31,303 nt of DNA from Trichinella spiralis (taxonomy: Eukaryota): the NCBI RefSeq assembly GCF_000181795.1, contig NW_003526945.1, forward strand, positions 1,292,990 through 1,324,292, given 5' to 3'. This document shows positions 1 through 10,571 of this stretch, piece after piece; within the stretch, counting starts at the first letter, position 1; every line of letters starts with the position of its first letter. The position numbers and the translations under genes are program-made. Under the pieces are notes generated by a model, which did no database searches, was not told the DNA's origin, and saw nothing but the letters and a program-made list of their open reading frames with translations.

Positions 1-3000
1 TAGGAGCAGGTATGCTTGACAAAGAATAGTGATGAATTTGAATTGAATGTCTTTTTTTTTATTTTGAGGCAATACTGTGAATTTTTATCTGAATGGAGTG
101 CCGTCGTGTATACCCCGCATTTCCGGTGTTTTGCGCTGCTTAGCTCGTTGGGGGAAAGACCATTCTGGAAAACCATTGTTTCCCCCATTCAAAGAACGTA
201 CTCGAACTTGGTATTTATTGCTATCCATTGTCTCTTTGTAAATAAATTACTATTTGAAGTGAATCTATTTTTATTTTACTATTTTTTTCAGTTTATTTTC
301 AAATAAAAACAGCGTGTTTATTATTTTTAGTGTCATTTTGAATCAGAATTTTCAGTTTGAAACTGATTCTGCAAATGCCGTCGATCCTAATGATCCTAAA
401 ATTGTTGCCGCTCAGAATATGGTATTGTTGTTGTTCTACAGTTGACTTTTGGGCATTAAAATTTTCTGATGAATAATCTTCAAACGTGTAGAAATCATCT
501 GCGTTGTGCAGAAAAGATTCTGGCGCTTTGACAGGGTTCATTGTTGTACCAGCGGAATGTCAGCTCGTGACAGCAGGAGAATTCCTTCGAAATTTACGAT
601 ATCGTTGTTTGCAACTTCGATCAGAAAAGGTGCCGCATTTGATGAATATCCAGCCGTTTCCAGCACTTGATCGAGAAATACCAAAAGATATTTTAAGTGT
701 AAGCTGTTTATTTTATCAAACATTTTAAAACCATATTTTGTTACTGTATAGAAAGACACATTTATATTGGTAAACTGTAATTGGTAATGAAATTGTGAAT
801 AGGAAGTTTCTGAAAAATAATAAGCAATTCATATTTTTTATTCATTTTAGGTGGATGAAGATATTTTAGAAAAAGGTGATGAACTATTTGAAATGAAGGA
901 ATTAGAACAATATTTGCGATCAGCGAAGCAAGCTGCCGCGGTAATGGGTTTTTTGAAACTGCTTCAAGATTTATTTATTTTATGTTTTATTGTTGAAATT
1001 TTTGTTTTAAGATGCGGTGGAAGTTATTACAAAGTCTGTGCTCAATGGAGAGTACTCCCGTTTATAAAGATTTGGTAAATGAACCTGATCTGAAAAGTCT
1101 TTAGTAAGTTTTAAAATGTACAAACGAGATACAGTTTACAATCATAGCAAAGTAGTTTAGTTTATTGAAGAAGTTTTTGCTCACTGAACGTGATCGTCCA
1201 TTGAGGCCGACACAGCGATCTTTGAGAAGTTTAACATCTCAATCAAATAATTTTGATCACTGTACAAATGGAAAAGTTCGGTTAATAATTAACGTCATCA
1301 GAGCATTTAATCTTCTGACATCTAATCTTCCACCGTAAGTGCTAACAAGTTAATGGTTAAGATCAATCTGTATTTTTGAGTAAAATATTAAAATTAACGT
1401 ACATCAACTGCCTGAAATTTATGTAAAGCGTTTTTGTAGGATAACGACAGCAGCAACAAGAGAGACTGACTCATCGATACTGGTGATTGAAAAACAGACC
1501 AGAATCAATAAATTTCGGGCATTATTTAAAGTGAATCGTTTTAGACCAAAAAACTATTGCAAACTGTAGTATATATGCGTTTTCGAGATAAACTTTTGCG
1601 GACTTCAGTTGCCGAAGGCACCGACCCGACGTGGAATCATGTTTTTATATTGGAATTCAAGTAAGAGAAAAATAAATATACGGATGAAATGAATTTTTTA
1701 ATCAATCAAGTAGTTTTAAGCGGAAGATGAATTTTATTATTATATGATTTTCAGGTTAATCAAATTATTCATGTTTTCATTTTGGTAGTATGAATGTCTT
1801 TCCTTTTAAAGTTAATCACTTGTATCGTTTATTAGGCCAACAAAAACTAGCGGCGGTGCAATAGATAGAGTATCCTGGTCTCAGTACATACAGTTTGATG
1901 TTTTTGAACAATCAGCAGTTGAAGTTCCAAAAGTAATCAGATTATTGTTTTGTATAATTTATATGCTAGTGAGAATGTGTGTGCATGCAAATGTAATTAG
2001 TTTTTCCTTTTAATGCTAAATTCGAAATATTTTTTCAGGAAGAGAGAAACGATCATCATACAGTATGTCACCATATTGAAAGGCATTGGATTGGATCAGT
2101 AAAAATACCGATCATAACGATTCTCAATCAGATGCGGGTATTTATTTCATTTTAAGTTGAAATTGTCCGATCTTTACTTTAAAAGTGGTGCAAGATGTGA
2201 ACATTTCTGTCTCAATAAATTATACTATATTAATAAATAAACAGGCAGTGTGAAAGATTTATTAAAGGGGGATTTGTGTTTAAAAATACTAATTTTACCT
2301 AATGCTGTTTTTGTTGTATCTTAGATACAAGGAAATTTTATTTTGTCATGTCCTCCTTTTCGCTTGAGCAATTATGAATCAACTAAGAACGTCGCAACGA
2401 ATCAGCTTTGTCATCCATATGTTCAACTGTTTTTTGCTGTAGAATTTGGATTGAGAATATGCAAGCGAACATGTATACCTGTACGAATTTTATTTTCTTA
2501 CAGCTTATTATCGATGATGCTAACGAAGCTGTTGCTTTTGTTTGTTTGTTTGTTTCTTCAGCTTATAGTACTGTTAAATAGATTTATGTTTCAGTTAGCC
2601 AGTGTGGAAGATTCGTCTGTTTTGTCCTATGGTGATCATTGGTTGGAAGAAGTCAGACAACGTCATAACAATAGAAACTTTCTACCGTTTGTTCTTGATT
2701 CGAGTGGTAGAAAAATTATTGTCACCAGATATCTACGACCTATTCCACCACCGCCAGAAATTTTAGCACTCAGAGATGACAAGAATGCAACAGTGGTATG
2801 AAAAATACTTTGTACTTGGCAAACAAATTTTGCATTAAGTTTTTTGCGGAATAATTTCAGCAAAATCTTACACTTCAGTAGCCCAAGTATTTCCAACAAT
2901 TCTTACTGTAATGGAAAACTTTGATTTTCAGGTGTTTGCTTGTCATTTGGTTTCACGTATACCTAAAAATGATGAAATTATGGTAAAACAAGAAGCTGTA

Positions 3001-3941
3001 CACATTTGGAATACAATTAGTGTAAGTATATTTGCTCTTCTAGTTTTTGGCTATGATAGATTTTAACATGGCATATGACAAAAATGTATGGCATGATATA
3101 GTGAAAAATAATGTTAAACATTCGGGGAAGGTTGAAGTTTTTGTTAAATTCTGGAGTTTTTAAAACAATAATTTCAGGACGTATTTCAATTAATGCGAGC
3201 TCAAGAAGCAGAACACGCGCATTTGTTGTACAGTTGGCTTTCTGCGATGGAAATTGAATGTTATCTTCTGCTTGGGACGAGCACAGTGGAAGGACCGTAT
3301 GCTGCTTACGTTCTCGTGAAACTTAATACTCTGGTGATTTGCAATCCAACTACTGGATCTATTTACGATCTGAACGATCAACTTTGTCCACTGTTTGATA
3401 TTGCATGCGCATGCAATTCTGATAATGTAAGAGAATATTTGAAATTTGTAAAAATTACATTATTTTTTCGTGCATATTGTTTGACATTAAAAGTGGCTTA
3501 TGGTTCTTCATATCATTTTAACGTTACGCGTATATTGCACTAGATTTGGGCTAATATTCAAAAGCCTGGTCCATTGTTTGCAATGAATTTTGATTTTGCA
3601 AATGCATCACGATGGCGATCTTTTTGGAATAAACGCATGCCTGCACGTCAGTTGCCTTCAGTGCAGGTATGATATTTGTTACATTTTAATGTATTTCATC
3701 AAATTATTTTATATATTTAAGCCAGAAACGCTGGAATATACAAATCCGAATCAAGATGTAACAATAAAGCTGGAAGCTCGTCTTCGAAAAGCCATAGCCG
3801 ATCATTTAATGCGACAACGACCAAATGAATTGACACGTTTCAATCGTTTTGCTGGTCAAACGTTCCGAGATTGTCTTTTAACGTATGGCAATTACAGTTG
3901 ATTTTTGTAACAACACACACACACAGATATTAATAGTTGTG

Positions 3942-3974
<33 letters not shown>

Positions 3975-4948
3975 GAAAAGAATTTAATTCAACCTTTTAA
4001 TGCCGTTGATGAAACTAAATCATCCTTGCAGACTTTGCTAGATGCTTATAAGGTAAGTGTTGTTAAAATGTGATTTCTGTTCTGCTTTATTTTTTGAAAG
4101 ATAATTTATCCTGGAAGAGAACGAATTTATTCTAATGCAGAATGCATTGTAAACATAAAGTTATCTTACTGTGATAGCATGAATTTTTGTGAATGCCTTC
4201 ATGGTCTCTTTCTTCAGTGCAGTCTTGTTTTTATCTAGAGTCTAGATTCTAGACAGTAGCCCCCGTAGTAGTTAATTTATTATACTCTATGATGATATGC
4301 ATTCTGCAACAGTCACCGAGCACGTGTAAAGTTGTATTGTTTGCACGCAGTTTGCATGGTTGCCAAGCAGCAAATGATAATAGGTAATATATGGCAAATA
4401 TTTCTGAAGTGGAATTTTGGCAATGCAGTTTCAGCCTAAGTTGTTAGATGAAAAATGACGTATTGAATTGCACTATTTTAAGCTCCGCTTTTCAAAGACA
4501 TTGATTTTTCTGAAGTTATCAAATTTTGTCATCTTTAAGACTGGAAGAGCCAGACATAAAATGAATAATTTTTATTTTAAAATTAATTTATAACAATTCA
4601 TCACTGGATGCTTTGAACGTAGCGCCTATTATTGACATGCATTTATTTCACTTGGACTAATAGGCATGAAAATAATGCAACTAGAGAAAGTTATCCAAAT
4701 TTGGAATGAATTATATAATAATAATAATAACAATAGCAGTTATTATTATATTATTGTAGATATTTGGATTTGCGATCAATGAACCATATATTAGTCAGCA
4801 GAAGCTTCTGAAAACAATTAGTCAAACAGAAATTTGCAATATGTCTGATCCGGATATGGAATTTACAATGGCTGTTTATGTGCAAGGCTATTCAAGTAAT
4901 ATACTGTCAGTTTGGATTCTTCTCGCTTCACTCGTTCGGCGACGATAA
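1..4948 (+). CDS. CC2D2A: Coiled-coil and C2 domain-containing protein 2A (ciliary transition zone, MKS-6); 3' portion, 5' end lies outside the window
   Basis: Phase-consistent GT-AG exons: <1-9, 69-210, 331-421, 492-698, 851-940, 1012-1103, 1161-1334, 1440-1482, 1545-1660, 1836-1932, 2039-2137, 2325-2480, 2595-2795, 2932-3021, 3178-3426, 3544-3666, 3722-3882, 3971-4052, 4760-4948 (TAA). Recognisable motifs: DPNDP, RPLRP, C2 domain (RTSVAEGTDPTWN; IERHWIGSVKIP), VTRYLRPIPPP, EHAHLL..LLLGTS, IWANIQ, and C-terminal EFTMAVYVQGYSSNILSVWILLASL. Confidence 0.93.
3944..3969. repeat. (TA)n microsatellite abutting a CC2D2A acceptor
   Basis: Seen directly. Confidence 0.9.
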
Positions 4949-5090
4949 TTTTGTTTTTTGTGTTTCTAATTGTTCGGTTGTGAAATACTGTTTCAATTAT
5001 TGGAGTGAAATTAAAGCAATGAGATCCGAATGAAATGTCGACAGTGAAATCAATTGACAAATACTTAAATCACAGATTTATTAACACGCT

Positions 5091-5615
5091 TCATCGCTGA
5101 CGAAGAACTTCTAATAAAGGATGTGAAAATCGACCGACCTTTTTTATCTTTGGCATAGCAGCATAGCAACCCACCGTAACTTTCATGTATTCCGTTTTAT
5201 ATGTGAAAGTTGATTCGTTATTCATTTTATGAGTAATATGTTTGCGTAGAACGGGAATCTTGTGATGCATAGGAAGGCACTCGGCCATTGGCAAGCCGCG
5301 AGCTCGTTTGCACATACAGCGTGCTTCAGCAATGATTTCCGGCTTGCGCATTGGATCTCGATTTCGATGCCATATCCATGGACACAGGGAGCGATCTTTT
5401 AGATGAGTTGAGAATTCCACAAAGGGATCCTTGTCACACAAATTAGATTGATCCAAAACGGGTTTTAAGAAACGACTGGGACACCTATCCAGACAAGTTA
5501 GAATACCTTGGCATGAACAGTGACCGTCGTCGTTGTTTTGTAGATCTAACTGTTGAAGATGTGTTTCGGCGTACAGAACTACCAGTAATGTAAAACACGA
5601 TATTATTAAAAACAT
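5091..5615 (-). CDS. Secreted interleukin-17 family cystine-knot cytokine (nematode ILC-17-like), single coding exon, 174 aa
   Basis: ATG at 5615 and a hydrophobic signal peptide MFLIISCFTLLVVLYA. IL-17 signature RSLCPW..NRDPMRKPEIIAEARCMC...ECLP...IPVLRK...KVTVGC. Confidence 0.92.
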   Translation of the reverse strand: MFLIISCFTLLVVLYAETHLQQLDLQNNDDGHCSCQGILTCLDRCPSRFLKPVLDQSNLCDKDPFVEFSTHLKDRSLCPWIWHRNRDPMRKPEIIAEARCMCKRARGLPMAECLPMHHKIPVLRKHITHKMNNESTFTYKTEYMKVTVGCYAAMPKIKKVGRFSHPLLEVLRQR

Positions 5616-7930
5616 GCCGTTGTAACAGCATAGGTTTGAAATCGGTGCAGCTAGTAGTCGATCGGTACTGATTCACTTTAAAGCAGTGTTTTGTAATATT
5701 AATGGTTAGTTAGCTGTTTTGCAATAGAAATCATAGGTTACAATTGCATGTTTGCAGTTATGCCACCCTGTGTTAGTTGAATCGCGTTGAACAACGGGCG
5801 TAACATGCTGTACCTTGGTGATTATTAGAAAATTTCTCCACAAACTATCTTAATATAAGTATTTATTAACAAGGGTCGCGTACAGTTTGTAAATGTTGTC
5901 GCGATGTTCATGTCATTTTGATAGCGCTTAACGTTGAAGCATTGAATAATGACCCACATTGTGATCTAGTCAGTGATGCGGTGGTGGGCAAATCCTTTGT
6001 TTTGAGGAACTTCATGAAGCAGTCAACGCAGATGAAAACTTTGAGATTTTACGTAGCATCTGTAGTATTATTGTGGCTGTTGTAACCATTTCTCAATCGA
6101 GCTTCAAAAAATGGAAGCATACAGATGAAAAACTTCTAGATTTTTGCTTGAAATTACATGAATTGATTGATTCGTTTTAATTCCATCAACAAAAAAACAC
6201 TACTCATTTACGAATTGTGCTGATTTTGCATTTTCCTTCAAGTCCGCTAACATATTGACATCAAGACAGAAAGAAGAAACAAGGCAAGGAATTTACCTTG
6301 AAGAATGAAAATCATTTTATCTGATTGTAAAATAATGGCAATAAGACGGAAAGTTATTTTAATCTGAAGAGTACAGTATCCGGTGCAAATTGTACACTAT
6401 GCAAACTATGCAAGCAATTTCTGGAGAAACAAAACGGATTGGAATAACAAATAAATGAAAAACAACATCTACATGCCATAGATGTTAGCTCGGCCAAGTA
6501 GAAAATGGACGTTGTTTTTCAGTCGAGCTTCTCTCAGTCCGCCCCACTTTGGATTTATAGCTGCATTCCTATAGTTTGTTTTTGTTATTATTATATGTGC
6601 TGGTTTGTTTGAAGTTTTGTTCTTTATCATGAAAGTTGTCACATGCGTGATATATGCTCTGATTATCTGTTCCAAGCTTGCAGCAAACTGGTCTCCAAGT
6701 AGAACATTGATCATCGTGTTATTCGATGGACAAAAGCCGCAGGTGTAATATTCGCCCATAAAGCGTTTATCTGTCGGGTCCAACGTCCATAATGCGCAAC
6801 TGAACCTGATCGTTGTTGATACGGCTCGACTGTGGAACTTTTTAATTGGGCAGATTATCAAACTGAGACCTCACGCCGTAGATACGAACGCCTTGACCCG
6901 GTTAGATTAGATGTAATCATCCAAGTGGCATTTTAAATTACAAAAATATTAAATTATTAAAATCGACTTGAACGTAAATGAAGATGAAAATACTTTGGTT
7001 GAAGTTTGTATAAGGAGAAATTTGTTTTTCACTCCCTCCCCCCGTGGAGTTTTCGCTTCTTCCTGATGAAAAGCTAGCTGATGATGACTTTAGCAAATTG
7101 AAGTACTTGGCTTGCCTCTGGCAGTGTAACTGAAAATTTTTGAATAACTTGCCGAGCAATATTATAAAATTGACTGTGCAACAACAAGACCAACGGCTGT
7201 GTTGTAGCTCATTTTTACATATTCAATATTTCCAACAACATCGTTTAAAGAAGTGCGCATGTGTTTTAAACAATAGATTAGAAGCACAGGTTGACTTGTA
7301 AATTAAATGAAATTGCATTACACAGGAATTGTTTATTTTGCTTTTTTCTCAATTTAATGGAAAGAGTGAAGAGCTTAGTGTTTTGAATAACAAACAAGTT
7401 GCAAAAGTTTGGTGGTCGCCCACAAGCGGAAAATTGAACAACAACGGAAAAAACATATGACTCAACAACAGTGTGTTGTTTGTCGCTTGCATTTCAAAGT
7501 GAGGAACAAATGATTTGCTAAAAAGCGCGACCACATTGCAGAATTGAAAATGAGCACATCAGCTTCATTCAGTTATGCGCTTTATAATGTTGAAATTCGG
7601 TTGTTGTCATTCGATGAATGGAAGTCAGTTGCCGAAACATCCGTTGCCATTAAACGCCAAGCAACTGCCAGGCGCGGCTCCAAATCGCCTCATTCAAAAA
7701 TATGGTAGCAAGATTGTGAGAGCGACTTGAATCACGTGAATAATTATTTCAACGATTAAGTAACCTGTCTTGATGTCTTGGAATTGCTTGTCTTTGTCGA
7801 AAGCTAACGAAAAGTTTACAGCTTTCTGAAAGAAATGTTGCAAATCACAATCAACGTCGACTATACATTGCTGTTCAGTCAGTCACTAGCATAGTTGTCA
7901 AGGCAAATTATAAAATGGGCAAAAGCAAAA

Positions 7931-7932
<2 letters not shown>

Positions 7933-7976
<44 letters not shown>
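7933..7976. repeat. (CT)n microsatellite
   Basis: Seen directly. Confidence 0.9.
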
Positions 7977-8350
7977 GTGTGTGCACTATTATTCATTACA
8001 ACTCGCACGACTGATTAATTGTTTATCATACTTTGTGTGTGTGTTTGCGTGTTTTTTTATTTAGCTGAAAAGCAGACCGCACATTCATATTGGATGATGC
8101 ATTTTTTGAGAATTCCAAGTATTGAAAAAATATTTTCGCATAATCAATAACCGACTTCATGAGATGTATATAACTAAATAGCCAGCTTAGCTACATATAA
8201 AGCGTGAGAATTGTAGTTTGCAGTTTTTGCAAATATAATAAAATTGAACAATTTGCATGCGTCTCCACTTTACACCACTTTACACACGTACAATGAATGT
8301 TTACGTCGTTTGAATGGAACATGTTGTATTGTTCCCCTTCTTCAATTTAT

Positions 8351-8351
<1 letters not shown>

Positions 8352-8381
<30 letters not shown>
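8352..8381. repeat. (TAA)n microsatellite
   Basis: Seen directly. Confidence 0.9.
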
Positions 8382-8382
<1 letters not shown>

Positions 8383-9603
8383 TGCAATTATTAATATATA
8401 TATAGTTTTAAAATTAATTTTCCCATTTTATTTATTTCTTATTTTCATTTTCAACATTTTTCACAGCATCGTCAGGCTGAGTTTGATTTTCATCATTTCG
8501 AGTTTGTTTCAATTGATTGTTGTAACAAACGTTGAAATCACTTCTACTGAGTAGCGTCTGTTGAACAGCTTTGCCTTTAGCTGTGTCATTTGCCAAGACG
8601 CAAGATATAAACAGACAAAATAGAATATTAATCAAAGATTTTACCAGTTAGCTAGAAAAGAGCGATCATTTGAAATCATTTCTTCAACTTCACTTTTGGT
8701 GCCGTGTTAAATTTACCCTCGCATTCCGCCATCAGCATTTTGAAATTTCAAAATCTTATTCCAATGCGGGCTGTTCAAAGTGAACATTTCAAATGTGTCA
8801 AGGTTGAATTCAAATTTTCTCTAATTGTCTCTGCTGGGGAAAATTTTCATTCTTCTCTTAAACAACAACATCATTTTTATTACAGTTCTCTTGGAATTGG
8901 AAATTTGTTCAACTACCCGAGCATGGGAATATTTTTTAAAAAATTTCCTTTCAAATTCAATAATTTTCAATAAACATTGCGAAATTACAATTTATCCGAT
9001 TTCAGTTTGCATTTGATATTTTCACCAAACTCAGCAACTGATTCAAAATTAACATTTATTTCAATTGCACATTTTAACACCAAACCTTTCTATTATTAGC
9101 ATCACTCTTATCAATTGCAGTTTCGTTTTATCAGTTGAAATGAATTACCATACACATTATATGCATATATATATATCTATAATTAGAAACATTTTGTTGC
9201 AAATCTGTCGTTACCCATGTTGAGCATTTGGAAAAATAAAAATGAAACTTCTGTCATATTTAACATGTATTATGCATAATGAATGCAAATTGGTAATGAT
9301 GCATATTGAAAAATACGCTGCATTTAATTTTTTGTACACTTCAATTGAAACTTTTCCATTTGAACCGGGTTTGAATTGAATTAATTGCCATATTGGTTCA
9401 CATTTATTATTGGAAAGCAAATCAATTATTATAAAACGAGACTTTTCTAAAATAAGTAGACGTTTCAATTATAATTTTAATCTATTGAAAATATCTTCTT
9501 TTTCTGTGCAAGGGGAGACATTATTTTTGCAAAATAACCTTGAAATGTGATTCATAACGTTGGTGAAATTTATGAAAATTGCTAAATTTCTACAATTTGA
9601 TTT

Positions 9604-9897
9604 AATGAATGGCCTTGGTGCTGCGGGGAATTTCTATGGTTGGTTGATGGATAGTTTCTGAGGAGGTTAGACCGAACTGGAAATTGGTATTCGGTCGCCG
9701 CCGACCAATGCTAGGATAATGTGGAGCACTTATTTTTGTCGGGAGGTCTGAGAAACCGGTCCAATGGTCAGAGAAAAGCTATATATTACAAGTTTGCAAT
9801 TTTTTTCTCCACTCTCCACCGGGGACTAGCTCCACACATGTTGCAGACCTTGGCCCGGCCTATTGGTTGATCATCGCTAGAAACGTAGCATTCGTTG
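9604..9897 (+). ncRNA. Candidate structured non-coding RNA (RNase P-like pseudoknot core, identity unproven)
   Basis: GC-enriched block with no ORF and several colinear complementary segments found by eye. Contains GGGAGGTCTGAGA (9741-9753), whose AGGTCTG pairs with CAGACCT (9844-9850). See findings. Confidence 0.35.
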
Positions 9898-9977
9898 TTG
9901 AACATCTCCTATTTGCTTAGCCTTTTCTTAGCTTGCGACGCCTGCTAACGTTTTTCACTTTTCAAAGCCGGCGTCGC

Positions 9978-10003
9978 GTCGGTCGGTCGGTCGGTCGGTC
10001 GGT
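9978..10003. repeat. (GGTC)n microsatellite upstream of the insulin-like gene
   Basis: gtc(ggtc)5ggt, seen directly. Confidence 0.9.
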
Positions 10004-10091
10004 GTCGTATCCCCCTCATGACTCTGTACGAATGGACGTCTGCCATTGGAAGAAGCGCCGCCTTTATCATCATCATTTGCCCCGCACAGCT

Positions 10092-10098
10092 TATATAG
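10092..10098 (+). promoter_or_regulatory. Possible TATA box of the insulin-like gene
   Basis: TATATAG in a GC-rich context about 480 nt upstream of the ATG, followed by a pyrimidine-rich leader. Confidence 0.35.
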
Positions 10099-10531
10099 CG
10101 CACTTTGGCTTTTCATTTTCACTTTTCCCAACTCACGGCGTCGTGAACTGCTACTACTGCTCATACATACGCTGGCTGCAATTTTCTCATTTTGCTCTTC
10201 TCCATCCACTCCTTTCTCTATCTGTCATGTCACTCTACCAATTTCCACTGTAAATTATTAATGCACATTTTATACAATTCAGCACTGACGTTTCGTTATT
10301 GAAGAACAAGCAAAATATCCCACTCGCTCAGTTCAACCATTCGTATCCTTTCGTATCCTATTGGTTTCTTTTGTGAAAATTGTCGTGCACTTTCAAAAAA
10401 TCTGCTCTGAAATTCACTCCCCTTGTCCACTTCTTCTGAATGTGCATCTTTTCATTTTTTTTCATTCCAATAACTACAACAGCTAACTAACTGATATTTT
10501 GTTTCAATTTTGAATTTTAATTCAACCTATA

Positions 10532-10538
10532 TTTTCAG
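10532..10538 (+). promoter_or_regulatory. Splice acceptor (SL trans-splice site or 5'UTR intron end) before the insulin-like ATG
   Basis: TTTTCAG 33 nt upstream of the ATG at 10572, after a U-rich tract. Confidence 0.55.
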
Positions 10539-10571
10539 ATTTTCACAAGAAATCTACTCTGCTGAAACAGA

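Noticed and set aside
16..306. 96-aa ORF from the supplied track
   Set aside because: Wrong frame. The CC2D2A exon 69-210 reads GNTVNFY...ARWGKDHSGKPLFPP in another frame.
4234..4253. Three clustered TCTAGA palindromes
   Set aside because: A 7-nt tandem duplication, too short to support a function or a cloning artefact.
6901..6911. CTAATCTAAC on the minus strand as a telomerase RNA template
   Set aside because: It would specify TTAGA rather than TTAGGC or TTAGGG, and no supporting structure was seen.
8432..8635. Minus-strand ORF resembling a secreted peptide (MINILFCLFISCVLA...)
   Set aside because: It starts at TTG rather than ATG, the apparent signal peptide is T-rich intron-like sequence, and no phase-consistent gene model could be built.
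9620..9790. Group I intron or SRP RNA interpretation of the structured block
   Set aside because: The P-like GCGGGGAA and R-like GTCAGAGA motifs are not in P-Q-R-S order, and the SRP helix 8 motif is absent.
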